Shown: piece after piece, positions 39,734 to 49,624 of the stretch
Position numbering within the stretch: the stretch's first letter is position 1
Layout: every line of letters starts with the position of its first letter
Source of the DNA: Gemmatimonadaceae bacterium
GTDB lineage: Bacteria; Gemmatimonadota; Gemmatimonadetes; Gemmatimonadales; Gemmatimonadaceae
Length of the DNA: 64,000 nucleotides
Reading direction: 5' to 3'
Assembly (NCBI GenBank): GCA_045803545.1
Contig: JBJMOW010000005.1
Coordinates: forward strand, 1,440,001 to 1,504,000
Program-made: the position numbers and the translations under genes
Notes under the pieces: model-generated
What the model was told of the DNA's origin: nothing
Database searches by the model: none
The model's input: the letters and a program-made list of their open reading frames with translations, nothing else

Positions 39734-42433
39734 CTATCGCCTTGAAGCCGGCAGTGCCTTGGCTGACTTCAACTCCTCGAACCAGTTGTCGACGACGATG
39801 ATGTTGTCAGGCGCGTTTGTCTCCAGAGGCCGAATCATGAGGAACCGCCGGTCGTCCCGAGACACTGCATACTGCGGGGTGTATCGCATGGATGCGTATC
39901 CCGCGGCAGGAAAAAGTGTTGTCGAGCGGCCGACCGCGAATGGCCCGTCGGCATTCACCGCGACTGCTACGAGATCGCCCGATGCGTCGCGATAGAACAA
40001 TTCTGTACCGCGATGGGACCAGACCGGCTCCGTCCCACCGTCCGTCGTAACCGGCCACTTCCCTCCACGCGTGTTCGGAAAAGGGACCACGTAGATATCG
40101 TCCGTTCCGGCCTCGTTCGAAGAGTACGCCAACCATCGTCCGTTGGGTGAAATGGTTGGCGCTGTTTCCGTGAATGTGGTCGCCACCAGCGGGATCGGTG
40201 CGGTATCAACTCCGGGCCGCATCGCCAGTATGTCGCCCGCGCTCGGCCTATCCGTCTCGAAGATCAACCACCTCCCGTCCGGCGACCATCCTGCATTGAA
40301 CAGATTACCGGTTCGGCGAAACTGCACTGCTCGCGATGCGCCACCGTCAGCGCGCTCGATCTCTACATAGCTGGAGCCCTTCGTTGGGTTCGATGTGAAC
40401 GCCACCGACCTACCGTCCGGTGACCAGGCCGGCTGAAAGTTTTCATTTCCGTCACCAGCCAATAGGATGCTCGGCCCTCGATCCAGCCGCTTGATCCAGA
40501 TCTTGAACGGCTCGCCGCGGGCGCTCCGCGTCACTGCGAGCTGCTTCCCGTCCGGTGAGACCGCCGGGAAACTCAACAATTCGCCCGACCAGTCGGGGTC
40601 GACCGCTTCTGCTATGCCTTGGCGCGTGACCCACACCAGCTCCTGCTTTCCAGCTTCCGCGCCAGTCGAATAGACCAGTGTGCCGGTCGCTGAAATCGCC
40701 AGGTCCGCCGAGCCGCCAAGGCCCGCGCGAATGCCTTCGGTAAGCGCGACCGGTTCACCTGTGAGGGTCATGGAATTCTGATCGAACGGCACTGCCATCA
40801 ATGTCTTGTCATCGGTCACGTAGAGTAGATGGCCGGACGACGCGTACCTGGCGAAGGTTGCGTCCTGAACGATTACCCTGTGTTTGCCCGATGGGATTTT
40901 GGCGACCGCAATCGCGTAAGAAAAACGCCCCTTGACGCCCTTTTTTCCGCTGTAGGTGACTGTGAACAGCACACCTTTGCCGTTGGGGAGCACATCGGGC
41001 CAGGTGTGATCGATTTCACCGTTCGCGGTATCGAGAGTGGTGAACCGGTTTGGGATGGCGCCTGCTTTTGCTTCCACACGAACGAGACCCGCAGTTCCGT
41101 CATTGTCTGCGTAGATCATCCCGTCGGCTCCCCACGACGCGCCCGCCAATCCGGTCAACGTGTCGTTGACTGTAATCGATGGACCACCTTGGGTGAGAGT
41201 AATCGGTGGACCACCCTCGATCGACGCGATTCGAACTCCTTCACCTTGGAGAAAGCCAACGTGCTTACCATCGGGAGAGAAAAAAGGGTTGGTCACCCCT
41301 TCTGTGCCGGGTAAGGCGATCGCGTGCAGCTGATCGCGAGATCGAATCAGGAGCTGCGACCTCGGGCCGCCGATGTAGGCGAGCAGCTTACCGTCAGAAG
41401 AAAGCGCGATGCGTCCCGACCAGGACGAGCCTTTCGCGATCGCCTCCGTTGAATCCATTACCAACCTGGACCGCACGATCGACTTCGACGAAGACGGCCG
41501 CATCCACCCGAGGATTGCCGCGCCGGTCATCAGGACTGCCAAAGATATTACTCCAAACAGAAGCGCTCTCTCCCAACCGGTTCCGCTTTTTTTACTCGTG
41601 GTCCAGGTGTCTCGCGATGGACGGGTGGAAGGATTGTTCACGGAGTCAGCGGACTCGCGAACTGATGCCACCGGATCGTTGGCGCCCTTTGGAACCACCT
41701 TGGACCCCGCGCTCTCCGGGGCCGCAGCGCGACTCAAACGATTTGCCAGCGCTTCGATTTCTGAATCTGGTTCCATCTCGAGCTCTTGACGCACCAGCTC
41801 CTGATAGAGACGGGCCTGTCTCAGCGCCCCGGCGCGATCTCCGGCGGCGGCCAGAGCGAGCATCAGCTTTTTCGTGGCGTGCGGAGAGAGCGAGTCGGAG
41901 TTGGCGAGTGTGCGCCACCAGATCACGCTCTGTGAGCGATCACCAGCCTCGGTCGAGGCATTGGCGAGATATTCCAACGCGTTGTGATAGTCCTGTCGCA
42001 GGCGCGTTCGGTTCGCATCGATCAACGATTCGAGCTCGCGACCCTCGCCGAAATGCACGCCGTCGAGAAGACTTCCTTTGTAGATGCTCGCCGCTCGCGC
42101 CCAGTCATTCGCGGCGATTGCCTCGTCGAACAACCATACATCTGCGTTGACGCGTTCTTGGTTGAGTCTGAGATCCTGGGACGTGGAAAGAATTAGATCG
42201 TCGCCAAGGCTTTGCCTGATCGCATAGACGGCCTGATTGAGGGCGTGACCCGCGCGGTCGGCCTCGCTTTCCGGCCAGAGGTATGATTCGATGCGGTGGC
42301 GCGAAAGACCTTGCTTGCCACCCAGGGCGAGGACTGCGAGGAGTGCCAACGGTCGCTTTTGTTGTGCGACCAGCGGGACTGAACCGACATCAGCCCGCAA
42401 AGACAGGGTCCCGAGAAGCTCGATGACCAACAT
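39734..42433 (-). CDS. SARP/BTAD transcriptional activator with TM helix and PD40 beta-propellers
   Basis: wHTH-BTAD N-terminus; the C-terminal ~600 aa are homologous to the kinases at 30648 and 45268 (IDHTWPDVLPNGKGVLFT). Confidence 0.88.
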   Translation of the reverse strand: MLVIELLGTLSLRADVGSVPLVAQQKRPLALLAVLALGGKQGLSRHRIESYLWPESEADRAGHALNQAVYAIRQSLGDDLILSTSQDLRLNQERVNADVWLFDEAIAANDWARAASIYKGSLLDGVHFGEGRELESLIDANRTRLRQDYHNALEYLANASTEAGDRSQSVIWWRTLANSDSLSPHATKKLMLALAAAGDRAGALRQARLYQELVRQELEMEPDSEIEALANRLSRAAAPESAGSKVVPKGANDPVASVRESADSVNNPSTRPSRDTWTTSKKSGTGWERALLFGVISLAVLMTGAAILGWMRPSSSKSIVRSRLVMDSTEAIAKGSSWSGRIALSSDGKLLAYIGGPRSQLLIRSRDQLHAIALPGTEGVTNPFFSPDGKHVGFLQGEGVRIASIEGGPPITLTQGGPSITVNDTLTGLAGASWGADGMIYADNDGTAGLVRVEAKAGAIPNRFTTLDTANGEIDHTWPDVLPNGKGVLFTVTYSGKKGVKGRFSYAIAVAKIPSGKHRVIVQDATFARYASSGHLLYVTDDKTLMAVPFDQNSMTLTGEPVALTEGIRAGLGGSADLAISATGTLVYSTGAEAGKQELVWVTRQGIAEAVDPDWSGELLSFPAVSPDGKQLAVTRSARGEPFKIWIKRLDRGPSILLAGDGNENFQPAWSPDGRSVAFTSNPTKGSSYVEIERADGGASRAVQFRRTGNLFNAGWSPDGRWLIFETDRPSAGDILAMRPGVDTAPIPLVATTFTETAPTISPNGRWLAYSSNEAGTDDIYVVPFPNTRGGKWPVTTDGGTEPVWSHRGTELFYRDASGDLVAVAVNADGPFAVGRSTTLFPAAGYASMRYTPQYAVSRDDRRFLMIRPLETNAPDNIIVVDNWFEELKSAKALPASRR

Positions 42434-42564
42434 TTTGCCGCCTGGAGCCCTGTGACTTCTACGTGATTCTCTGCTGACTCCGCGCTCCTATCATGCGCCT
42501 CAGTGCCGCCCGGGTCAACGGGGAACTGGACCTGCTGGCAGCCTCAACCTGATGGAGGCTCTTT

Positions 42565-43041
42565 ATGAAGTACGGTACAACGACTGTAGCTCTCGCGGCA
42601 TTGGGTGTCGCCGCCGCGTGCAGCGGCGATCTAAACCGGTCCCTGAGTCCCGATGGGATCTCGAGGGCGAACAACGAGGCATTCGCGCGAAGTGGAACTG
42701 TCAACATCCAGAAGGACTGCACCGCCTACGCGCTACGGGCCGGCGACACGTGCACGATCACGAAATCGAACCTCAAGGAGATCGGGATTGGTACGACGAT
42801 CCATTATCTCCAGGCGGCTAATCCTGACTTCACCTTGAGCAGTGACGTTGTCCTCGACCCGCCAGGGCCCGGCAACAACGCCGCGTTCGGCCATTGCACT
42901 CTCAGCCTGGTGACCGGCATTGGCGTGTGCGTGCTTTCCGGCGGGACAGGCAAATTCATGTTCTTCAATGCGAGCGTCGACGTCACGCCACTCGGCGGCC
43001 CAATCTTCGCCTGGGACGGGACGTACAGTTACAGTCGGTAA
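42565..43041 (+). CDS. Hypothetical lipoprotein (allene-oxide-cyclase/dirigent-like barrel?)
   Basis: Lipobox AAAC; GHC...G.C.LSGGTGKF motif; SD GGAGG. Confidence 0.7.
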   Translation: MKYGTTTVALAALGVAAACSGDLNRSLSPDGISRANNEAFARSGTVNIQKDCTAYALRAGDTCTITKSNLKEIGIGTTIHYLQAANPDFTLSSDVVLDPPGPGNNAAFGHCTLSLVTGIGVCVLSGGTGKFMFFNASVDVTPLGGPIFAWDGTYSYSR

Positions 43042-43101
43042 ACTGAACGCGCATGCATCGCAAAGTCTTTCGTGCATGCGCGCGTCACTTTACGAAACTG
43101 C

Positions 43102-43899
43102 TCATCGCGCCGACTCGAGTCGCCTGATCTGGTCGACTGCGTCGTCGATCTTGTACTGCAGAAAAATGTCACCCAGCGCTACCGAGGCTTTGGTAGGATC
43201 GCCATCCACACCCGTTGCCGCGGTGCGCGCGCCCGTGCTCGGCGCCAGCTTGTCGGATCTGATCCAACGATGCTGTCCGTCGAGCGCCATCAGCTCCGAC
43301 GTGTCGTCGAGGCCGGCGTGAACATCGTTGGCCGGCAGTCCGTGTGAAGTCGCATACGCTTTTGCCTGCTGCTTTTCTTTCGCGTAGAGATCCGCAACGA
43401 AGAAGACGCGCACACCGCGCGGCTTCCACTGCGCGTCGAGCTCCTTTGCGACGGCTGCCAGCTCGGCCTGGCCACCGCCATGGTCGCCCATCAGGAAGAC
43501 GTTCTTAAATCCGGCGTCGGCCGCGCTCACGGCGATGTCGTGCACGGCTCGCTGAAACGTCTGGGGATCGAACGACACCGATCCCGGAAAGCGCATGTGC
43601 CCGGTCTTCTTCGACAAGTCGCCGGTGATCGCGAATGGAAGCACCGGATAAACCAGCGCGTCGCCGAGCTTGATGGCGATCGACCCGGCGACCCAGCGCG
43701 CGATGAAGTTGTGCTTTCCGATCGCCATGTGCGGGCCGTTCTGCTCGGTGCTGCCGGTGTAAATGATCGCACTGTTTTTGCCCGCCGCGATTGCGCGCTC
43801 CACTTCCGGCCAGGTGAGATCTTCTATATAGACTGACTGCTGCGCACCAAGAGCTTCACCACATGCCATCAGGGCGAAAACCATCACACCTGGTTTCAT
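43102..43899 (-). CDS. Creatininase family protein (exported)
   Basis: LTWPEV, GSTEQNGPH, GDHGGG, HAGLDDTS, GVDGDP. Confidence 0.9.
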   Translation of the reverse strand: MKPGVMVFALMACGEALGAQQSVYIEDLTWPEVERAIAAGKNSAIIYTGSTEQNGPHMAIGKHNFIARWVAGSIAIKLGDALVYPVLPFAITGDLSKKTGHMRFPGSVSFDPQTFQRAVHDIAVSAADAGFKNVFLMGDHGGGQAELAAVAKELDAQWKPRGVRVFFVADLYAKEKQQAKAYATSHGLPANDVHAGLDDTSELMALDGQHRWIRSDKLAPSTGARTAATGVDGDPTKASVALGDIFLQYKIDDAVDQIRRLESAR

Positions 43900-45134
43900 C
43901 GCATGTTACCCGTGTGGCCCAGTGAGAACCGGCCCGGTTCCGGCCACACAGCCAGACCGTGGGGCTCGTGTCCGACCGGAATCCGGTGAGTGAGCTGGCC
44001 AGTCTTCGTGTCGAACACGTACACCTCGTCATCGTAACGACCGGACACCCATAGCTCTTTGCCGTCGGCCGAGACGTTGCCCATGTCCGGACTGCCCCCG
44101 CCGGGAACGTGCCAGTTGGCGACGACGCTGTCAGTCTCCGGATCGAGCACGGAGATGGAACCCGGGCCGTGACGCCCGGCCTTCAGACTGTTCCAGCCGC
44201 GATTGGTGATGTAGAGCAGCTTGCCGTCCCGGCTCGGGAAGATTCCGTGAGTGCCGACGCCGGTTTCGACGAAATCGATTCGCTCGAACTTATAGGGATC
44301 GACGACGAAGACGCCGTTCAACTTCATATCCGCGACGTAGAACTTGGAGCCGTCCGCGGATGAGCGGATATCCTGAGGCATCGATGGCACCCGCATCATC
44401 GCCGCAAATCCGGCCGTCCGATGCTGCTTGCGCCCGAAGAACCGCGCGATGGGCGCCGGAACATAGTTCTGCCATGCCGCGGGGTCGAGCACGAGGTATC
44501 CGACAACCTTCCTCGTCGCGAGATCGATCTTCACCAGCTGTCCGGAGAATTCACACGTCGCGATGGCGTAGCGGTTGTCGGCGGTGAACTCGACCTGGTC
44601 GAGTCCCTTGCACGATACCGGCAGCGCCTCGATCAGCGTCATGGTGTGCGGATCACGGAAATCGATGCGACGAATTGCCTCGGCGATCACCATCGCGTAC
44701 TTGCCGTCGGGAGTGAAGTAGAGATTGTACGGATCATCAACCTTCACAGCTTTGCCTGCGATGCCGGTTTTCGGATCGATGGGCGTCAGTGTGCCGCTCG
44801 AGTTGTTGGCGACCCATAGTGTGGACAGGTCGTACGAGGGCACGACATGCTGCGGGACTCTGCCGGTCGGAAAGGTGCGCACGACCTGGTAGGTGCGCGG
44901 ATCGATCTCGGTGACCGTCCCCGACTTCGAGTTCGGAACGTAGACCATCGGCAGCGCGCGCCTCGCGGCTGGAGCGAGCTCGTTGGCGCCCGTCAGTGCA
45001 TAGATGTTCACGCTCGCGCCCGCCTTCGAAGCCGCGGCGAACGCAGTGTGGCTGGAATCGGATTTACTTCCGCAGGCCGTTACTCCTGCGACGACAATCA
45101 CTGACGTCAGTCTGCCGACAGTTTTCTTTTTCAA
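43896..45134 (-). CDS. YncE/YVTN beta-propeller lipoprotein
   Basis: Lipobox VTAC; VYVPNS, LWVANN, FYVADM, LYITNR repeats; stop overlaps the next ATG. Confidence 0.85.
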   Translation of the reverse strand: MKKKTVGRLTSVIVVAGVTACGSKSDSSHTAFAAASKAGASVNIYALTGANELAPAARRALPMVYVPNSKSGTVTEIDPRTYQVVRTFPTGRVPQHVVPSYDLSTLWVANNSSGTLTPIDPKTGIAGKAVKVDDPYNLYFTPDGKYAMVIAEAIRRIDFRDPHTMTLIEALPVSCKGLDQVEFTADNRYAIATCEFSGQLVKIDLATRKVVGYLVLDPAAWQNYVPAPIARFFGRKQHRTAGFAAMMRVPSMPQDIRSSADGSKFYVADMKLNGVFVVDPYKFERIDFVETGVGTHGIFPSRDGKLLYITNRGWNSLKAGRHGPGSISVLDPETDSVVANWHVPGGGSPDMGNVSADGKELWVSGRYDDEVYVFDTKTGQLTHRIPVGHEPHGLAVWPEPGRFSLGHTGNMR

Positions 45135-45267
45135 TTGCCGGAGGGAAAGCGAAACGATGATGGCGGGCGCTCAGTCAGTGGAGCGCCCTTACATCTCGCT
45201 TTGTGACAGCCGGGTTTAGCTGTGCCGCAATTGACCATGTCGGGCTTCTGGTGCACGTTCTTTCACC

Positions 45268-47970
45268 ATGCCTGATCGCATCGAACAGGCTCAACGCGCA
45301 TTTACGGCGTACACTGTCGAACGCGAGCTCGGCAGCGGCGGGATGGCTACGGTCTATCTCGCCCACGACAGAAAACACGATCGCAAAGTAGCGATCAAGA
45401 TTCTGCACGCTGACCTGGCCGCAATACTCGGCTCGGACCGTTTCCTCCAGGAAATCAGAGTTACTGCCAACCTCCAGCACCCGCACATCCTCGGACTGAT
45501 CGATTCGGGGTTGATCGGCGACGATGGAGGCGTGCTGAGAGGACGGCCATACTATGTGATGCCGTATCTCGACGGTGAATCGCTCCGTCAACGCCTCGAC
45601 AACGAGCAGCAGCTTCCGATTGCTGATGCGGTCCGCCTCGCCACAGAAGTTGCCGGCGCGCTCGACTACGCGCACCGACACAGCGTTGTCCACCGTGATA
45701 TCAAGCCGGAAAACATTCTTCTGCACGATGGTAGCGCAATCGTCGCCGACTTTGGAATTTCGCTGGCGCTAACTCAGGCTGGCGGCGCGCGCATGACGCA
45801 GAGCGGCATTTCACTCGGCACGCCCACCTACATGAGTCCCGAACAAGCGTCCGGTGAGCGCTCGGTTACTCCACGCAGCGATATCTATTCGCTCGGCGCC
45901 GTCACCTACGAGATGCTGTCGGGTGAGCCGCCCTTTGGCGGCGCTAACGCACAGGCAGTCATCGCGAAGGTGATGACGCAGGAGCCGCGTCCGCTCACGA
46001 GCCAGCGTCGGAGCGTTCCGCTGCACGTTGCGTCAGCCGTCTCACGCGCGCTCGAGAAGGTGCCAGCGGACAGGTTCGCCTCCGCACACGAGTTCGCGGA
46101 AGCACTGAACAATCCGTCGTCCGTGACTGCGAGCACCCCACGTCGCGAGGCGGTCGCGACGGATCGCACGAAGTGGATGTTGTACGGCGCCGCATCGCTC
46201 GCCGGGCTTTTTCTGGGAATCTCCATCTGGGCCCTCGCTCGTCCCGCATCTCCGAGAGCGGTGGTGCGGTACAGCATTGCGTTCGATTCCGCCGAGGCCT
46301 TGGCTCCGGATGCTCCGTATTGGGGGCGGCTCGACATCTCGCGAGATGGATCCCGACTCGCTTACCTCGGCGGGCCGCTCGGACAGATCTTCATACGACC
46401 ACGAAATCAGCTGCACGCCACCGCGCTCAACGGGACAGAGGGCGCGTTAACGCCCTTCTTCTCGCCGGACGGCAATCAGGTTGGATTCTCTACGATCCGC
46501 ACTGTTTTTGACCTGCACATCGTGTCCGTTGCCGGCGGTCCGCCGGTGCTGGTGACGGATTCGCTGGTCAGCGTGGCAGGGGCCTCGTGGGGCGCGGACG
46601 GATACATCTACATCGACTCGCGCGGCCCTCTCCCCTTGTCTCGAGTGGAAGCCAGGCAAGGCGCGACACCAAAGCTGTTCACAACACTGGACACTGCGGC
46701 CGGGGAGATCGATCACACCTGGCCGGACGTGCTGCCCAATGGCCAGGGTGTGCTGTTCACCGACACTTTCGGCGCGAAAAGCGGACACCGCGACAGATCG
46801 ATATTCAGCATCGCCGTCGCCGAAATCCCGTCGGGCAAACATCGCGTGATCGTAAACGACGGCATGTACGCGCGCTACGCCGCGTCGGGCCATTTGCTCT
46901 ATGTGACAGCAAACAAGACGTTGATGATCGTGCCATTCGATCAGAACACAATGAAACTCACCGGCACTCCGACCTCCCTGATCCAGGGCGTCCGAATGGG
47001 CGCCTACGGATCTGCCGATGTGGTCGTCTCACTCGATGGCACGCTCGTATATGCCACGGGCGCCGAGCAGACCAAACGCGATCTCGTGTGGGTAGCGCGC
47101 GACGGCAGTCAGAACAGTATCGATCCGGATTGGCAGGCCGGGTTTATGTATCCGGCGCTTTCCCCCGATGGAAAAGAGCTCGCCGTCACAGTGCGACCCA
47201 GTGGTCAGACATCAGACATCTGGATCAAACACCTCGATCGCGGGCCGGCCAGCAGGTTGACGCTCGATGGACTCGATCACTATGGCCCAGCCTGGACCGC
47301 AGACGGCAAGCTGGTTACCTACGTATCGAACGCGGCAGGGTTTTTCGATCTGTGGACGAAGCACGCCGATGGAAGTGCGCAACCGGTGATTCAACTCGCC
47401 ACGAAACAAGATTGGTTCAATCCGCGATGGTCGCCTGACGGTAGATGGTTGCTCTTCAACACCGGCATCGGTGATCGCAACCTCGGCGACATCTTCGGCA
47501 TCCGCCCGGGAATCGACACGATTCCGCTTACAATCGTCTCGACCGGCTTCACCGATCAGTCTCCCGACGTCTCACCGAATGGAAATTGGCTGGCCTATCA
47601 ATCGAACGAGACTGGCAGGTTCGAGATTTACGTCGTGCCGTTTCCCAACACGCGCGCTGCCAAGTGGGCGATATCGACGCGCGGCGGTACCGAGGCGCGG
47701 TGGGCTCATTCCGGACGCGAGCTGTTCTACCGCGACGGCAAAGGCAACCTAGTCGCGGTGGAGGTCGAGACCAATCCGGCTTTCGCCGTCGGTCGATCAG
47801 TGCCGCTGTTTTCGACTTCCGGTTTTTCCAGCGATTTCGATCCAAGCTACGCGGTTTCGCCCGACGACCGCCGCTTCCTGATGATTCGCCCGCTCACCGC
47901 TGGCGGCTTCGACAAGCTGATCGTTGTCGATAACTGGTTCGAAGAGCTGAAAGGAAGATTGCGGAAGTAG
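45268..47970 (+). CDS. Membrane Ser/Thr protein kinase with PD40 beta-propellers
   Basis: Full kinase motifs; close paralog of 30648-33338. Confidence 0.93.
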   Translation: MPDRIEQAQRAFTAYTVERELGSGGMATVYLAHDRKHDRKVAIKILHADLAAILGSDRFLQEIRVTANLQHPHILGLIDSGLIGDDGGVLRGRPYYVMPYLDGESLRQRLDNEQQLPIADAVRLATEVAGALDYAHRHSVVHRDIKPENILLHDGSAIVADFGISLALTQAGGARMTQSGISLGTPTYMSPEQASGERSVTPRSDIYSLGAVTYEMLSGEPPFGGANAQAVIAKVMTQEPRPLTSQRRSVPLHVASAVSRALEKVPADRFASAHEFAEALNNPSSVTASTPRREAVATDRTKWMLYGAASLAGLFLGISIWALARPASPRAVVRYSIAFDSAEALAPDAPYWGRLDISRDGSRLAYLGGPLGQIFIRPRNQLHATALNGTEGALTPFFSPDGNQVGFSTIRTVFDLHIVSVAGGPPVLVTDSLVSVAGASWGADGYIYIDSRGPLPLSRVEARQGATPKLFTTLDTAAGEIDHTWPDVLPNGQGVLFTDTFGAKSGHRDRSIFSIAVAEIPSGKHRVIVNDGMYARYAASGHLLYVTANKTLMIVPFDQNTMKLTGTPTSLIQGVRMGAYGSADVVVSLDGTLVYATGAEQTKRDLVWVARDGSQNSIDPDWQAGFMYPALSPDGKELAVTVRPSGQTSDIWIKHLDRGPASRLTLDGLDHYGPAWTADGKLVTYVSNAAGFFDLWTKHADGSAQPVIQLATKQDWFNPRWSPDGRWLLFNTGIGDRNLGDIFGIRPGIDTIPLTIVSTGFTDQSPDVSPNGNWLAYQSNETGRFEIYVVPFPNTRAAKWAISTRGGTEARWAHSGRELFYRDGKGNLVAVEVETNPAFAVGRSVPLFSTSGFSSDFDPSYAVSPDDRRFLMIRPLTAGGFDKLIVVDNWFEELKGRLRK

Positions 47971-47981
47971 GGCAAACTACG

Positions 47982-48752
47982 CTAGCTGCACGCGCCGAGT
48001 ACTGCGTCGTAGACCGCTTTGGTCTCCTTCGAGGGAGCGACTCCAATTTCCCTCGCGATCAACCGACGGCACTTCTCGTACGCCCAGAGCGCTTCCGCGG
48101 TATTCCCAGCTGCAGCAAGACTCCGTATCAGCAAGCGATGACCACTTTCGCGTAGCGGTTCGAGTCCCATCAACTCGTGCGCGGCTTCGACGGCGAGGCT
48201 GTATTCATGATTCCACAGATAGACTTCGCCGCGACACTCGAGCGCACGTAGCAGCACGTTGCGAAGACGGTTGCGACGTGATTCGATCCATGACCCACGC
48301 CAACCCGGAAGAAACGGTCGCCGAGCGATGTGGTGAGCGACAGCTGACGGCCCATAGGCACGTCCGGGATCACCGACGCGAATCGCAGTCTCCGCTTCGT
48401 GGATCGCGTCGGCTGCTGCCTCGAGGTCGAGCCACGTTGACTCCGGCAGATGAAGCTCGTAGTAGCCCGCGCCACCGGTGAGTGCGCCCGACGACAATTT
48501 CGCTCTGACAAGCAGCGCTCTGAGTTTGCTCATCACCGCGTTGAGCGCGGTGTCGGACGAAGACGGTACTTCGCTCGGCCATAGTGCATCGGCCAGCTCG
48601 GTGCGCTCGACCGGTCGACCACGCTCGGCGGCCAGATAGGCGAATGCGACTCGTCCCTGCTGGCCGGGGAACTCGGGCTGATCGAAAAGCTGACCACACA
48701 CTTCGAGCGACACACGGCCGGCGAGATGAATTCTTACCTGATGTGACTCCAA
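47982..48752 (-). CDS. Stand-alone SARP/BTAD transcriptional activator
   Basis: V.R.ELADALWP, wHTH, EPLRESGHRLLIR...GVAPS BTAD. Confidence 0.85.
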   Translation of the reverse strand: MESHQVRIHLAGRVSLEVCGQLFDQPEFPGQQGRVAFAYLAAERGRPVERTELADALWPSEVPSSSDTALNAVMSKLRALLVRAKLSSGALTGGAGYYELHLPESTWLDLEAAADAIHEAETAIRVGDPGRAYGPSAVAHHIARRPFLPGWRGSWIESRRNRLRNVLLRALECRGEVYLWNHEYSLAVEAAHELMGLEPLRESGHRLLIRSLAAAGNTAEALWAYEKCRRLIAREIGVAPSKETKAVYDAVLGACS

Positions 48753-48847
48753 GCTTATTCCATCCCTCCACCAACCTCATCGCAACAGCGTCTACTTATC
48801 TTCGCGTTCCGAGTCCCAAAACATATGAATAGACGGAGGAAGACACC

Positions 48848-49000
48848 ATGGCGACCAAGAAAGTGGCGTGCGATTGCGGCAAGACGATTACCGAACGGAG
48901 TGACGACGAGCTGGTGAAGGCGGTGCAAAAGCACGCGCAGGACGTGCATCGCATGGACCTCAGTCGCGACCAGGTCCTGGCGATGGCGGAGCCGACATGA
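48848..49000 (+). CDS. DUF1059 family small protein (50 aa, not in ORF track)
   Basis: MATKKVACDCGKTITERSDDELVKAVQKHAQDVHRMDLSRDQVLAMAEPT; SD GGAGGA; ATGA overlap with the next gene. Confidence 0.85.
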   Translation: MATKKVACDCGKTITERSDDELVKAVQKHAQDVHRMDLSRDQVLAMAEPT

Positions 49001-49485
49001 AAACGAATCCGCTCATTGTACTGGCGCTGGTAGTAGGCGGCGGTGGCCTCGCCGCGACCCACTCGAATACTCGCGCGGCAAGCGCGGCGTCTTGCAACGT
49101 TCAGGGGGTGTGGCAAGCCGAGAGGGTGACGGTAAATGGACAGCCTTACACGGCCGCGATGGAAGTGAAGATTGTGACGAAGAATCACTTCATGTGGGTG
49201 CAGCAGGAGAATCGGCGTGATACCCTCCCACTCAGAACCTTTCAGGACACCGCGCGCGTATTCAACGACGCCGGCGGCTACGGCACCTACAGGCTGTCAG
49301 GCAACAACTACATAGAGCGCATCGAGGCTTTTCCGGATCCGACATTCATTGGTAAGGAGTGGCCAGCGACTTGTAAGACAACGCGAACTCAGTGGACGCA
49401 TAGCTACATATCGCCGGAGCGCACCGATGCGAACGGGCGCACGAGACGCGACACGGTGGTGGAGGTTCTCCGACGGGTGGAATGA
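48997..49485 (+). CDS. Secreted lipocalin-like hypothetical protein
   Basis: Signal peptide; QGVW, GGYGTY.L.G..Y.E. Confidence 0.7.
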   Translation: MKTNPLIVLALVVGGGGLAATHSNTRAASAASCNVQGVWQAERVTVNGQPYTAAMEVKIVTKNHFMWVQQENRRDTLPLRTFQDTARVFNDAGGYGTYRLSGNNYIERIEAFPDPTFIGKEWPATCKTTRTQWTHSYISPERTDANGRTRRDTVVEVLRRVE

Positions 49486-49624
49486 GACCATACGTTGAAC
49501 CTTTCGGCTTTTTCATTCAATTTGAGAGCTGGCAGGACATCTCGCTGGTCAAGCGGGCTCACTCGTATCGAACGAAGCGGCGTAATCGCCGAATCGATAA
49601 ACCACCATCCACCCGAGGTGTGAT

